64,000 bases of DNA, taken from the NCBI GenBank assembly GCA_964270895.1, contig OZ185437.1, one strand, 5' to 3'. The position numbers were made by a program, and so were the translations under genes. This stretch comes from Podarcis filfolensis (Eukaryota). The notes below the pieces were generated by a model that worked only from the letters and a program-made list of their open reading frames with translations, made no database searches and had not been told where the DNA came from. Shown in pieces: positions 26,182 to 38,010 of this stretch. Position 1 is the first letter of the stretch. Each line of letters starts with the position of its first letter.

Positions 26182-26995
26182 AGAGGGAATAGTTTCAACA
26201 AAAGTTTGTGTTCCATTTATGAATATTATGTGGACGTATGAGATGGGAAAATTCAGAGAGATAGTCATTTTAGTCTGCTGCTACAGAAGCAGCAAGAACA
26301 AAATGTTGCATCCAACTAGGTTTTAATCAGAGTAAACCCCTAAAATTGATGGACCTAATTTATTCAAGCCCATTAATTTCAGTGGGTTGTATTCAAAGCA
26401 GCTAAGGCCATTGGTGCAAGCATTTCTCTTTGTACAACAGGATATTCTCCCTCTCTCCTCCCTCTAAATCCCTTCTGGGGTTTTCCCCAACTCTCCAGAG
26501 AATTTTTGGGAACAGTGAAAGGTGTGCACAGGGAGTGGAGAGGGGGAAATCCCCTTGCGTAAGGATTAATCCTTGTGCTAGCATAAAAACTAGTTGAATA
26601 CCACCCAGTGGGTTTACTCTGAGTATGACTAATGTTGGATACAAGCTAAAAGAAGATTGTGGCACCTTAAAGACCAACACATTTATTATGAAGCAGATTA
26701 GAGTCCAGTTGTTTTTTAAGTAAGAAGAGTACAGCTCTTGTAGATAGGAATTTCAATCCAGCAAGGGTTGTTTTGTGTGCGTCACCCTGTTGGATGCAAT
26801 CTATGCTGCATGCAAAGAACTGTGAAAGTCCACATAGCAGTGGTGGGGAACATGTGACCATCCAGATGTTGCAGGACTGCAACTCACATCATCCCTGATC
26901 ATTAGACATGCTGGCTGGGGTTGATGGATGTTGAAGTCCAATAATATCTGGAGGACCACAGTTTAGCTCCTTAGTGACAGAGAAATCATCAGGAG

Positions 26996-27140
26996 TGACA
27001 GTAGCTCAGTCAGTAGAGCATGAGCCTCTTAAGCTCAGAATAGTGGGTTCGAGCCCCACGTTGGGCAAAATATTCCTGCACTGCAAGGATTTGAACTAGA
27101 TGACCCTCACAGTCCCTTCCAACTCCACCAGTCTATGATC
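26996..27140 (+). mobile_element. tRNA-Lys(CTT)-derived SINE with CR1 3' tail (not a functional tRNA)
   Basis: tagctcagtcagtagagcatgagcctcttaagctcagaatagtgggttcgagccccacgttgggc matches tRNA-Lys with mismatched stems; runs directly into the CR1 tail ttgaactagatgaccctc..cccttccaactc. Confidence 0.85.
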
Positions 27141-30100
27141 ACCTCATTATTCATGTACATATTTCACACATGAATAGAGCCACATTATGGAAGCCACTAT
27201 GCTAGGGTTAATGAACACCAACTACCACTCCTACAGCACCTCTGAAAATATGTTGCTACGCACTAATCACAATGTTGCCAACAACACCCCCAAAATAAGT
27301 ATGCATGGCATGCACCAATTAATGCCTGGCAACTACTCCATCTCACACAGCATCCAATGAGGCAGCCAGCCAAAAACCACAAGACTACCTTGAGAATCAG
27401 CTACTATAGTGCTGAGGGTGGAAGGCCTGCACAGATATCCCAAAAGCTTTCCAGAAGAAGGAGGCTTGCTGTGAAAACAATGGCTCTGTGGCAATCCACA
27501 TTCCACAAAACACATTTGTATCACTGTCTCAGTAAAAGGAAGAAGCTTTTCGCAAGCAAGTGCAATAAGGGATATGAAAAAATGGGCACCACCACAATGG
27601 TTCCCATTCAGCAAGGCAAGGGCAACACAACAGAAAGCGTGGGTTTGAGTGGGATATGTATGGGATGTGGCAACTGTTACAGAGAGTAACATGCCAGCCA
27701 AAGACAGGGCAGAAAGACCAATGCTAAGAGCATCCACAGTCACCAGGGGCCAAGAAGTGAAGGTGCTAAAACAAATAATGCATTGCAGGAGCCTTGCATG
27801 GGGGTTGGGAGAACACCAAGAACAAGACATGGAGGGAAGCAAGGGGCATAATTCAGTCTGGCAAGCTGATATAATTGCTCAGATGGAACACTTGAAACAG
27901 CATGCTAGCAAATGCCAGCCATAAAGGCTTGGCAAAGAAAACATAAAGGTCAGGAAGATTCTTGTAAGTCCACATGCACTGCTGTAAATACACATTATCA
28001 GCTTTAGATTTCATGAAGTGTCAAAGTTCCTTCTCCAACCTCCTCAATCTTTCCATAGATGTTTATGGCAGAAGAAAAGGTATAATTGGGAAGAAGCAAG
28101 TGGATCTGAAAACAATGATCGACTGAGTAGCAACAATAATTCTTTGGCCATTATTCATCTGATAGAAGCCTATACTTGCAGTTCATAACATATCTGAACT
28201 GCCCTGCTGACCCAGCTTTTTGATGTATCTAGCCATTGTTCTGCATTTAACAATTACCAGAAAATGTTGGTGCAATTTCTGCCTAAAGCAGTAATAGAAA
28301 TGAACAGGTTACCATTGTTCTAAAGTCTGTCTTCTCAGTAGGTATGATATTGAAAACATTGCCATCATGACACAACGTATTTCTATTTTAAAAATTGAAT
28401 GAGTCTTTTCATATTGTGATCTGAAAACAATCTGAAGGCATGCACAAATTTTAATCTGGGAAAAGTAACCATATGAATCTATCTGTGTTACTGAGCAGTA
28501 TTTAAGATTTATACTACCTTCTCATTATTCAACAGGGTGGTATCCAACAAAGTAGATCCGCTAGGACAAGGATTTCCATTTGCACAACAGAAGGATCCCA
28601 CCCTCTCTTCTCCCCATGTGCCCTCATGGCCTCCCTAAATCTAGTCTAGAGGTCTTGGGGAAACCAGCATGGTGGTGCGGGGAGATGAAACAGGAGAGAA
28701 GTTCTGTTTTCATTTTTGACCAATTAATAATCATTTTTGCAATGAACAAGTGGTGGGGATCTATTAAAATGTTGGTCTCCAAACACATGATGGATTTTGC
28801 AACCATTTTTTAAATTAGGCACAGCTAACCAAACCTTTGCATCTTGTGCAAATTATAGTAGCTATATGTTGGACTACTTCCTTTGTTTCCCACCATTTTG
28901 TCACTGAGAAATCATTGCTCATTGAGGGAAATATTGGTTGCATGAAATATCCACCCACACTTCACCCGCAGTGAACTTTAAAAGTATTTATTTCAATATA
29001 AGAAACTGCACTCTTCCCTAATTCCCAGGAAAAAATGCATACATGTGCTACTGCTCATTACTGTATATGACTAAAAGTGACAACACGGGTGAATTACTAG
29101 TATAGTTTGTAAAGCCTGAGTTTTTGTTTCAGTTTTCCCTTATGTTTTCAAATCTACTCTTTACTTATTTAAAATAAAATTTAAAACAAAACAAACATAA
29201 TTCTAAAAACAAAGCACAGCCTAATCTGAATAAAGCAATAGGAACAATTATTTTATGCATTACTTGGGGCATCCATATAGTTAGTGATAAACATTCTAAA
29301 AAATTGCAGAACACTCAGAACTGTAATGCACAACTAGAAAGACCTCTTCCATACATTCAATTTTTGCTCTAGTCATTAAAACATGAATTGATAGAGCGAG
29401 CACATAATCCACTGAGGCTGCCCCTGCCTCTTAATTCATGCTGGCAGTATGTGGAAGTTCATATTTTGCTTTCGTACAGCCTGCAGCTCTCTTCTTTTGC
29501 TGTCAGTGATATCACTACTGCAGGTCCTCACCACTGAGCAAACTGGGGTCACCCAAACTGCACAAGAGATGGAGTGAGAGCCAGTTCCCATGGCAAATTT
29601 GCCAGGAATGGAGACTGAGCATTTGACTTGGGGCAAAGATGTGGCAACTTTGGACTTATCCACACCTCCATTTGCCTTACTGCTTTCCTCCGAGGAAACC
29701 CAATCTTTAGGGTTCCTGCCTAATTGCTGTTTGTTCTGATTTAGCACTAAAGAGTGGGTTTTCTAGGGGAAAGCAGCAGGGCAAAAGTAAAACCTTTTGG
29801 ACCCATGCCTAAAAAGTGCAAGACAAGCGGGAAACCACTCAGACCTGTGCTTTCTAGGCATGGAATAAGCAGGTGAGCTCTTGGTTTCAGAAAGGGAACA
29901 GTGCAGAAAGCAGCCGAAACTTTATCATGCCTCCACAAATGTAGGCCAAGTGGGTCATATGCTGCAGCATTCAGATGGCATCTACAGTCTGTACTAAACT
30001 CTGCACAGATTCCCTTTAACTGCATTCCAGCCACAACTATTTTGGGCAAAACTAAATCCAAGTTCAATTATTTGTGTCTTGCAGTTTGGCAAGGTACCGT

Positions 30101-30533
30101 AAATAAGATTAGGACTCTGATCAAAATCAGTGAGCCTTAAAAGTACTATGGTGGATCATGTGCAGTGTCATATGTGAGCCTAAACCTCTATTAGTTGAAT
30201 TCTGATTTTGCATGTTCACACGCTTAAATCAGCAGGAAAGAGCTCAGCTTTGGCTTGAGTCTACATAATCATTATGATCATCATCATTATTAAACATAGG
30301 TGAGTGACCAAACATTAAAAAAAAAAAATCTTCCCATACATTTCTCAACACCCTCAAATTAAAGAGCTTGCTGGATCAGGCCAATGGCCTATCTAGTGCA
30401 GCATGCTGTTCTCACAGTGGTCTGCCATATGGTCTTGCTTCTCCCATAGCCTCAGCCTTGGATTCCAGAAAATCAGGCATGGCTCTGACTTCCTGGCTTC
30501 TGCCTGCTTCTAGCCTGCACTCTATTTTGGCCT

Positions 30534-30896
30534 TAAAGGTAAAGGTAAAGGTAAAGGGACCCCTGACCATTAGGTCCAGTCGTGACCAACTCTGGGGTTG
30601 CGGCGCTCATCTCACTTTATTGGCCGAGGGAGCTGGCGTACAGCTTCCAGGTCTTGTGGCCAGCATGACTAAGCCACTTCTAGAGAACCAGAGCAGTGCA
30701 CGGAAATGCCGTTTACCTTCCCACCAGAGCGTACCTATTTATCTACTTGCACTTTGACGTGCTTTTGAACTGCTAGGTTGGCAGGAGCTGGGACCGAGCA
30801 ACAGGAGCTCACCCCATCACGGGGATTCGAACTGCCAACCTTCTGATCAGCAAGTCCTAGGCTCTGTGGTTTAACCCACAGCGCCACCCGCGTCCC
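30534..30896 (-). mobile_element. Full-length Sauria SINE
   Basis: Minus strand begins gggacgcgggtggcgctgtgggttaaaccacagagcc (tRNA-like head) and ends in an (ACCTTT)n tail. Confidence 0.95.
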
Positions 30897-33379
30897 TTAC
30901 TTAAGGGCCCTTACTTAAGGCCATTACCAAGAAGTTGACCTGGCTACTTCAACAATTGAATCCTCTGTTAGATTTTAACCATTGCCAGATCCAGAACTCC
31001 AGGGAATAGAAGGGATTAGGGCATCATACAAAGTACCGTAAAACCCCACTCCCAGCAAGATCACAACAATATATATAATTTGTATGTGCTCCTTGAAGTA
31101 AGGCTTGGGGTACAAGAGTGGCTATTGAATTACTGCACTTTAAAATCAACCACTACACCACTGGTAGCACCTGGGAAGCAGGCCTTGAGAAGTCAGAAGA
31201 AATGTCCTTAAAATGGAACCGGGCAGGATTTTTGCAGCATTTCTGCATCCTTTCCTGATAGTTTTCCCTGTGGTTTCTTCAGAAGAAAATGTGTCCAAGC
31301 ATAATCACCCACATAAAGACACTAAGTGCCCTGAGGTTAGATTAGCCCTACATGCACATGTGAAATTGATGAGGCTGTTTGGCAAGAAAACAGAAAGTTT
31401 GGTTTCCTGTCTTCTCAAAGCCGTGTCCTCCGGTATTTAAGGAACTAATAATGCTTGACTTTGGCTGGCGGGAATCAAGAAGGGGTGGGTCAGTTTTCAC
31501 ATGCAAATCCTGGCAGTTCTTTGAAAGCTTGCACCACAGAGTCATCTGGTCTGGCTGGTATCTTGTGTGTGGCTGAACAGAGATAGGACCAGCTTGATAG
31601 CAATTGTGCTGGATCAACCAATCAGGGACATCCTGCAGATCAAATTAGATAGGACACATGACCTCTGTGAACAGAATCATACACACACACACACCACTTG
31701 ATTGCCTTGCCACATTTCCAAAGGAAACATGAATCCTGGATCAGTGCCTGGAACTCCTGGAATCTCATACTGCTCAGAGATTGGGGTGGCATGTAACACT
31801 ATGAAATGTGTTAATGGACTGAAGTGACTAGAAACCCTTCGGGCTTTCAGAAACTTTAAGAAGAGTCAACATTTATTGTAAATTATGCTCAAAATTCATG
31901 TGTCACAAATTAATTATTCACACTTGCGCAATCTGACAGGAAGCTTGTGAAAAGTACAGTAAGAGGAGATCATGCCCACTCCATGGCAACTTCTCAGGAA
32001 GCACTGCACTTAACTCGCAAGCTTGCTGTTCTTGTGAAACAGCATGAACACAAGGAAATATGGACAGCAGAATGCAGTCAGCACAGAATGCAAATGGCCT
32101 GTTTTTTTGTTGTTTGTTTGTTTTGTTTCTTTGGGTTTTGTTTTTAGAATAACATGTACTAATGCAGGATAGGAACAAGCTTCTAAGTGACCCTCTTGGA
32201 AGAGCCTGTAGGGCAGGACAAACTGTTCTAGCGCAATAGGCACAAGCCACCACCCATCTTAAGTGCAGTTATAAACTGTCAATATAAGAAGACCACAGGT
32301 CCAAGCTAAAGACTAATCTCAGCCAGTTCAAAGCCATGAATAGGCTTTCTTCAGCTTTTACAGACTTCCAAAGAAAGTGCTGAAAGCTTTGCTTTTGCAG
32401 CCACAACTTCAAAGGCCTGAGAGTAAGCCTGATCCATAAACCTCTAGGCGCATTTCCAGCAGTGCTTTTCCTGAATCTGCTCCTGCTCTGGTCTATCCAG
32501 TTCACTGGTGCTGCTCCTTCCTCTTCCTTCTCCCACCATATATGTCAGAGTAGCACCTGGGAGGCAGTCAGCTGGCCACATCTGAATGTTGGTGAATATG
32601 CCTAGTAGGCAGAGTTAGAACAGATGGCACCAGGGCTTCGCAACTTTCCCTTCCCCCACCCTGGGCCTTGATTGCCTAGGCCTCTGCTACTAAAATCTGT
32701 TAAGTCTAAATAGCTCTCACTCCTCACTTATCTTTTCCTAATATTTGCAGATGCCTTGTCTGTGCACTTTGACCTTATTTTGAAATCTCAACAAGGACTT
32801 AAGTGGTACAATTGAACTGGCTTTCGTGCAAAGGAGTGGAGTCAGTGAGTCAGAAGGATGACTCATAATACAGACCCGATTTTTCATTTACGCCAGTTTA
32901 AGAATGAATAACTTCATTTTGTTCCTTTGGCTTTAAGGGTACTATTAAGAACATAATGAGAGCTTTCTGGATCAGGGCAATGGTCTATCTAGTTCAGCAT
33001 GCTGTTCTCACAGTGGCCAACCAGATGCCTATGGGATGCCTGAAAGCAGAACTTGAGCACAACAGCCCTCTTCCCACTTGTGATTTCTAGCAACTGGCCT
33101 TTTGAGGCATATTGCATCCAATGGTGGAGATATTTTGCATATTTTTTATTCAGCATGTTATGTGCTACATGTGAGAGAGGAGACTGATGTTGCTGTAGTA
33201 ACCCTGTGCAAAAGTGTCCTGGCAGGATTGTTGCATCAATCTAGTGATTTCTCATTCAGATGCACAAATGAAGCTTCTTCAGTAGTAAATATTATTAAAC
33301 TAGAAGTGCTTGCAGACAAAAGGGAAGGATTGTGGGAACAGGGGAATTGGGAGGGAAAGGCCTTTCTACTATTCTGAGA

Positions 33380-33515
33380 GTTCGGCAGCGCAAAACCGGA
33401 GGCTCTCCAGATGTTGGACTCCAACTCCCATCAGCCTCAGCAGCTTGAACAATGCTCAGGGATGATGGGACATGGAATCCAGCAATGCTTGGAAGTCTGC
33501 AGGATTACCCATTCC
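33380..33515. mobile_element. hAT-like palindromic MITE
   Basis: ctccagatgttggactccaactcccatca...gatgatggga family. Confidence 0.6.
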
Positions 33516-36500
33516 TGGGAAATTGAGCGTAAGAGCAAAGTGTGCCTTCTATTTTTAATTCAGAGGGAAAACAGTGGCCCAGGTATCAAAGCATTGGGGA
33601 AGGGTGCTCTAGAATTTAGAACAAGATCAGCTTGCCTTCAGCTGTGTGTTGATCCTATCTATCCAAGGGCTCAATCTGCTTTTCAAAGCTTTACAGCCAA
33701 ATGATTGGAATGGGGCTTCCATACATAGTTGATTCAGGTTGAGCTGGCTATTTTTGTTGTTGTTTTTAAGTTTTGTGTGGTTCTTGTTGTGTATTTATTA
33801 TATGTTCATAGATTATCTTTGAGGGCTCTTGTCAAAAAGTGAGACACAACCACTATGCAAGTCAGAAAACAAACACAAATGCTATTACCATAGTAAAAAT
33901 ACAGACAACAGGAAATCTAATATCATGAAAGTAGTCTGTCACCCACCCACATTCTTTTCTCTATATTCAATAACGTAGCATTGTAAGAATTAAGGAAATA
34001 CCATCCTTATCAAAATGAACTAGATTCATTCTCCGCAATCCCCACTGATAATCTTTTGTATTAGCTGTTGAAGACTCTTGCAACATTATGATTCATCATC
34101 AGTGTGACATTTATCTACCACAGAGGAAGACCTGTATATGCATGGATAACTGAGTTGCTGCATGTATTTTTCAGGAAGCAGCTCCAAACAGGATTCTAGG
34201 TTCTTTCCAACTTCTGTTCAAAGTCTGTGTATTTCTCCTTGGAGAGAACTGCAGAGTCTCACAAGGTCTGTCAATAGCTCCGGAATCTAATATGAAAACT
34301 GTATGTGAGCTGAGAAATCAAGTGTTAAGAGAATGGCTCCACTTACTGTCGATCAGAAACTTTCAGTGCCCCTGTACTCTTGTAAAATGAACCTACCCCA
34401 TCCATCTGCACTGTCTGTGTATCAGTGCCTTAGTTACTTCCCTCTGAATTGTGTTTAACTATTCAGTTAGCCATGCTAATGCATTGCCTTTCCACTATTT
34501 TAGTCAGTTGAGGTGGGTTAAGTTAGACTTCTTCAGGAGCTTCCATCTCTACCCACATTTTCTGCCCCTATATTGCAACATAGATTAGCGACTACTACTG
34601 GGCTTTCATTTTGCCTCATAACTGACCAGGCTGCAGTTAATCCAGCCATACCACTGCCATGAAAAGCGCCAAGCAAGAGGCACTATCAGTGTTCAAGAGC
34701 ACATTCCAACCACGCAAAAATACCCAAGGAGGTGTGAAGTGGAGATGGTGAAAGTGTGGCCTAAGGAGAGGGGATGTGGCTGGAAAAGGACTGTGGTGTG
34801 AGCAAGAACCAGGTAGGGAAGCCTGGAGATCCACATTTGGTTCCTGGGTCCATCCCTGATTTTCAGATTCCACCAACCCTGCTTCTCCATTTATACCACT
34901 ATTCCAGCACAGACAACACTGAAACAGATTCTTCGTTCTGACCCAAATGTTTCATGGAGCATGAATCTGACAGCTTTGCCCTTCTCAGCCACATACAGGT
35001 AGAGAAGAAGGAAGTGGCATGTCTTACAGGCCCCTGCACCTGCTATACGATTTTGGAAGAAATTGGAAGAGAAGGAGGAAGAGGTCATGGTTGATGAATC
35101 CAAGCAAGATAGCAAAATGTGACAGAAGGAAAGAGTATGCCTGAGAGCTCTCATCACCAGAGGACACTGGGGACCATAGAACTGGGGTTTTGAGACATGG
35201 CTGGGGATTTGGGCAGCAGGTGAGGCTTGTGAAATAAATGGTCAACGTGATTATGAAGGTCGTGATGGAGCCAGAGAGTGCTTTGGGCACATTTGTGACT
35301 GAGGCAACATATTCGGTTATATGGAGTATATGAAACCTATATGTTTTGGGAGACAGGAAGATATCAAAGTATTACTACCATGTAATACTACCCTTGATGT
35401 CAAGTAGCTATTGAATGTGATGGTGATGGTTTTGATTGCATGCTGTTAAATAGGATTGGACACACTGCTATGTCCCGTCCATCTAATTTTGAAAGTCCAA
35501 GTGAAAGAAAGTAAGAAAGGATTCAGCTAAATAGTTGCCCTAGCAGCAGCCAGCACAATAAGTCCTGCTAGCACAACAGGGCTTTTCTTCCTTCTTGTCT
35601 CCACCATAGCCCACGCCACCCCAATCTTCTCTGAGGAATCAGGAAAACCCTCAGAACAGTTGTGGGGAGGAGAGAGGAACTCATTCCATCAGGCAAGCAA
35701 AAACGCTTGCACTGATGGAACGATCTCTCGAATTCCATCCTTTCTGTTGTACCCAGTGTTAGTCCCACTCAGAGGAGACCTGTTGAAATCAATGGGCATG
35801 TTTAGTGCTTTAGAGCTATTACTTTCCGTGGTTCTACTTGGAGTATGACTTAATTGGCTATAACCCTTTAAGAACAATTCATTGTATGTATGACATTAGC
35901 TTTATTTATTTTTTAAATCCAATAGTTACACCTGTCTTACAAAAACAATTATGACACTAGAGGAAAATGTCATGGGAATGGAAGTTTGGCTGGATACATA
36001 TTACAAAACCCTTTGGACTTCCCGAAAGTATTCTGCTTTACATAATTCGCAACAGATTTTTAGATTTACAGGAAACATTCTTCTAAAACACATCAGATTG
36101 CAATATTTTTCCATGTCGACAATTTAGCGTATTCCCCAAAGAGCCTTCGCTTTGCCCACCACCCCTTCCTTCAAGTCGTCTTCTCCCAGTTGCTCATAGG
36201 ATTCCATTATAATTGGCACTGAACTGCCTTTTGCTTCAAACCACTTTCCCCTCTGGCAGTGAAATCGTTTTGTGAAGTTGACAAAAATGGAATTTGATCT
36301 GCCACAGTGTGTCTGCATTTTCCTAATGCATTCTGGTAAAGCAAGCAATTGCATCATTACAAACCTGCAGTCAATTCAAATGGATTTTCTCAGCTCTACT
36401 TTACACTTTGAGACTTCCTGAAAAAGCACAGGGCAAGTTCATGTACAGTACATGCCAGAATTTCCCTGAAAGTCCTATTACTTTCATAATTCCAAAGTGG

Positions 36501-37109
36501 AATTAAAAACACTTGGCCAAGCTAGGCTAACAGACAGCTGCTTGCAATTAGATGAGACATTACATGCAGTCTCCTAACCAGCTTCCCAACCTGCAAAACT
36601 ATAGCAGGAACAATAAAGGATTATAATTTCGAATTATATTTTAGCATAACCTCTTTTATCATGCGGCATACTCCCATAGGTCTTTCCTTATAGGTAACTC
36701 ACAGACCACTTACATTAGAATAACCACATTCATGTCACAAAACTATTCTCCCAAAAGATACAACATAGAAAATTCCTATAATACATTCAGAAGAAAAATT
36801 GCTTGTACTGAACTTGTTTGTTCTCATTTCCATGAACATAGGCTGGATTTCTGGTCAATTGGAGATTATAAAATAAACTTTGAAAAGATTATCCCTCCTG
36901 TATCCTGTGAAAATCACTTAGAGTGAACATTACCATTCTTTTAGGGGAAGTGCTGATGTGGGACTCTGAAAAGGATGACTTTGGACATAAGACATATCAC
37001 TCCAATGTCTTCAATTTTTATATGATAGCTTCTGCAGATACAACTGTATCTCTACTATAAGCCCAACCCACTCCATAACACACCAACAACCACATCTGAT
37101 GACATTAGT

Positions 37110-38010
37110 TTTTATCCCTTCAGAAATGGAACCTACAATCTATGTTTTGTAGTTTAGCCAAGCCTGGGTAGGATCTGTGAACAGTGCAATTCCTGTCACA
37201 AAAGCCTTCTCTACCTTAGATGCATCAATGACATATTTGTCATCTGAAGTTATGGCTTCAAAGAAACACTTGAGCAAGCCCACCATTACTTCAATTACTT
37301 TTACCCCACCATCAACCTGAGCCTGGTCCACACAAGGGTTTCATTTTCTGGATACTTCAATGAAACTTCAATAACAGACATATAAAATAACCATATACGT
37401 AGGAAACAGACTGATACGCATCCTTCCAGCTTCCATCCCCTATGCACTACTAAATCTATTGTCTACAGCCAAGCCCTATAATGCAGTCTGGTCAGACACA
37501 TCAAACAGAGGTTCACAACTTAAGAATCTGTACCAGGCATTCCTCAAACTACAATACCCACCCAATGAAGAGGGGGACACACCAGCAAGGTCAGACTAGT
37601 GCAAGAGCAAGCTATAAACAAATTTTATAAATATTTCAGGGCAGACACAGGGAAAAAAATGACTGGCCGCTTGTCACTTATCCTTCCCAACTGAATCTAT
37701 TCAACCATATCATCCATAACCCATCCTGAGTAATGTTACTTGCCTCTCACGCACCTTGGGTGATAGGCCTGTAGTTGCTTACAGAGAGTCTCTTAACCTA
37801 AAAGAGCTACTCACCAGCAACACAGGCCACATAGCAGGGAAATGGACACTTGGAGCAACCCCTGCAGAAGACCCAAGTGCCAACTCTGTTCCCATGTCTA
37901 TTCTGGCATACCATTGCAGGACCTAATAATGCCATCCATTATTCCGATGTTTGTTCACCTGTTCACCTTCCAGTGTGATATGCACGCAACATCTACAGTC
38001 CCACGGGGAA
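37110..38010 (+). mobile_element. Decayed Penelope-like element (RT and GIY-YIG region)
   Basis: Translates YLRCINDIFVI*SYGFKETLEQAHHYFNYFYPTINLSL (Penelope YIDDIF core), then a KSIVYSQAL-like stretch and PCRRPKCQLCSHVYSG (Cys motif preceding GIY-YIG); stops and frameshifts throughout. Confidence 0.85.

Noticed and set aside
26650-26700. Penelope LTR hammerhead ribozyme
   Set aside because: Only the tgtggcaccttaaagaccaacacatttatt fragment is present. The CTGA(A/T)GA...GAAA core is missing, and other CTGATGA hits lack flanking stems.
26996-27067. Functional tRNA-Lys(CTT) gene
   Set aside because: The acceptor stem and variable region are mismatched, there is no oligo-T terminator, and it runs straight into a CR1 tail. 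It is a SINE head.
30368-30757. 129-aa ORF (and 15728-15952)
   Set aside because: Read through Sauria SINE and CR1 sequence.
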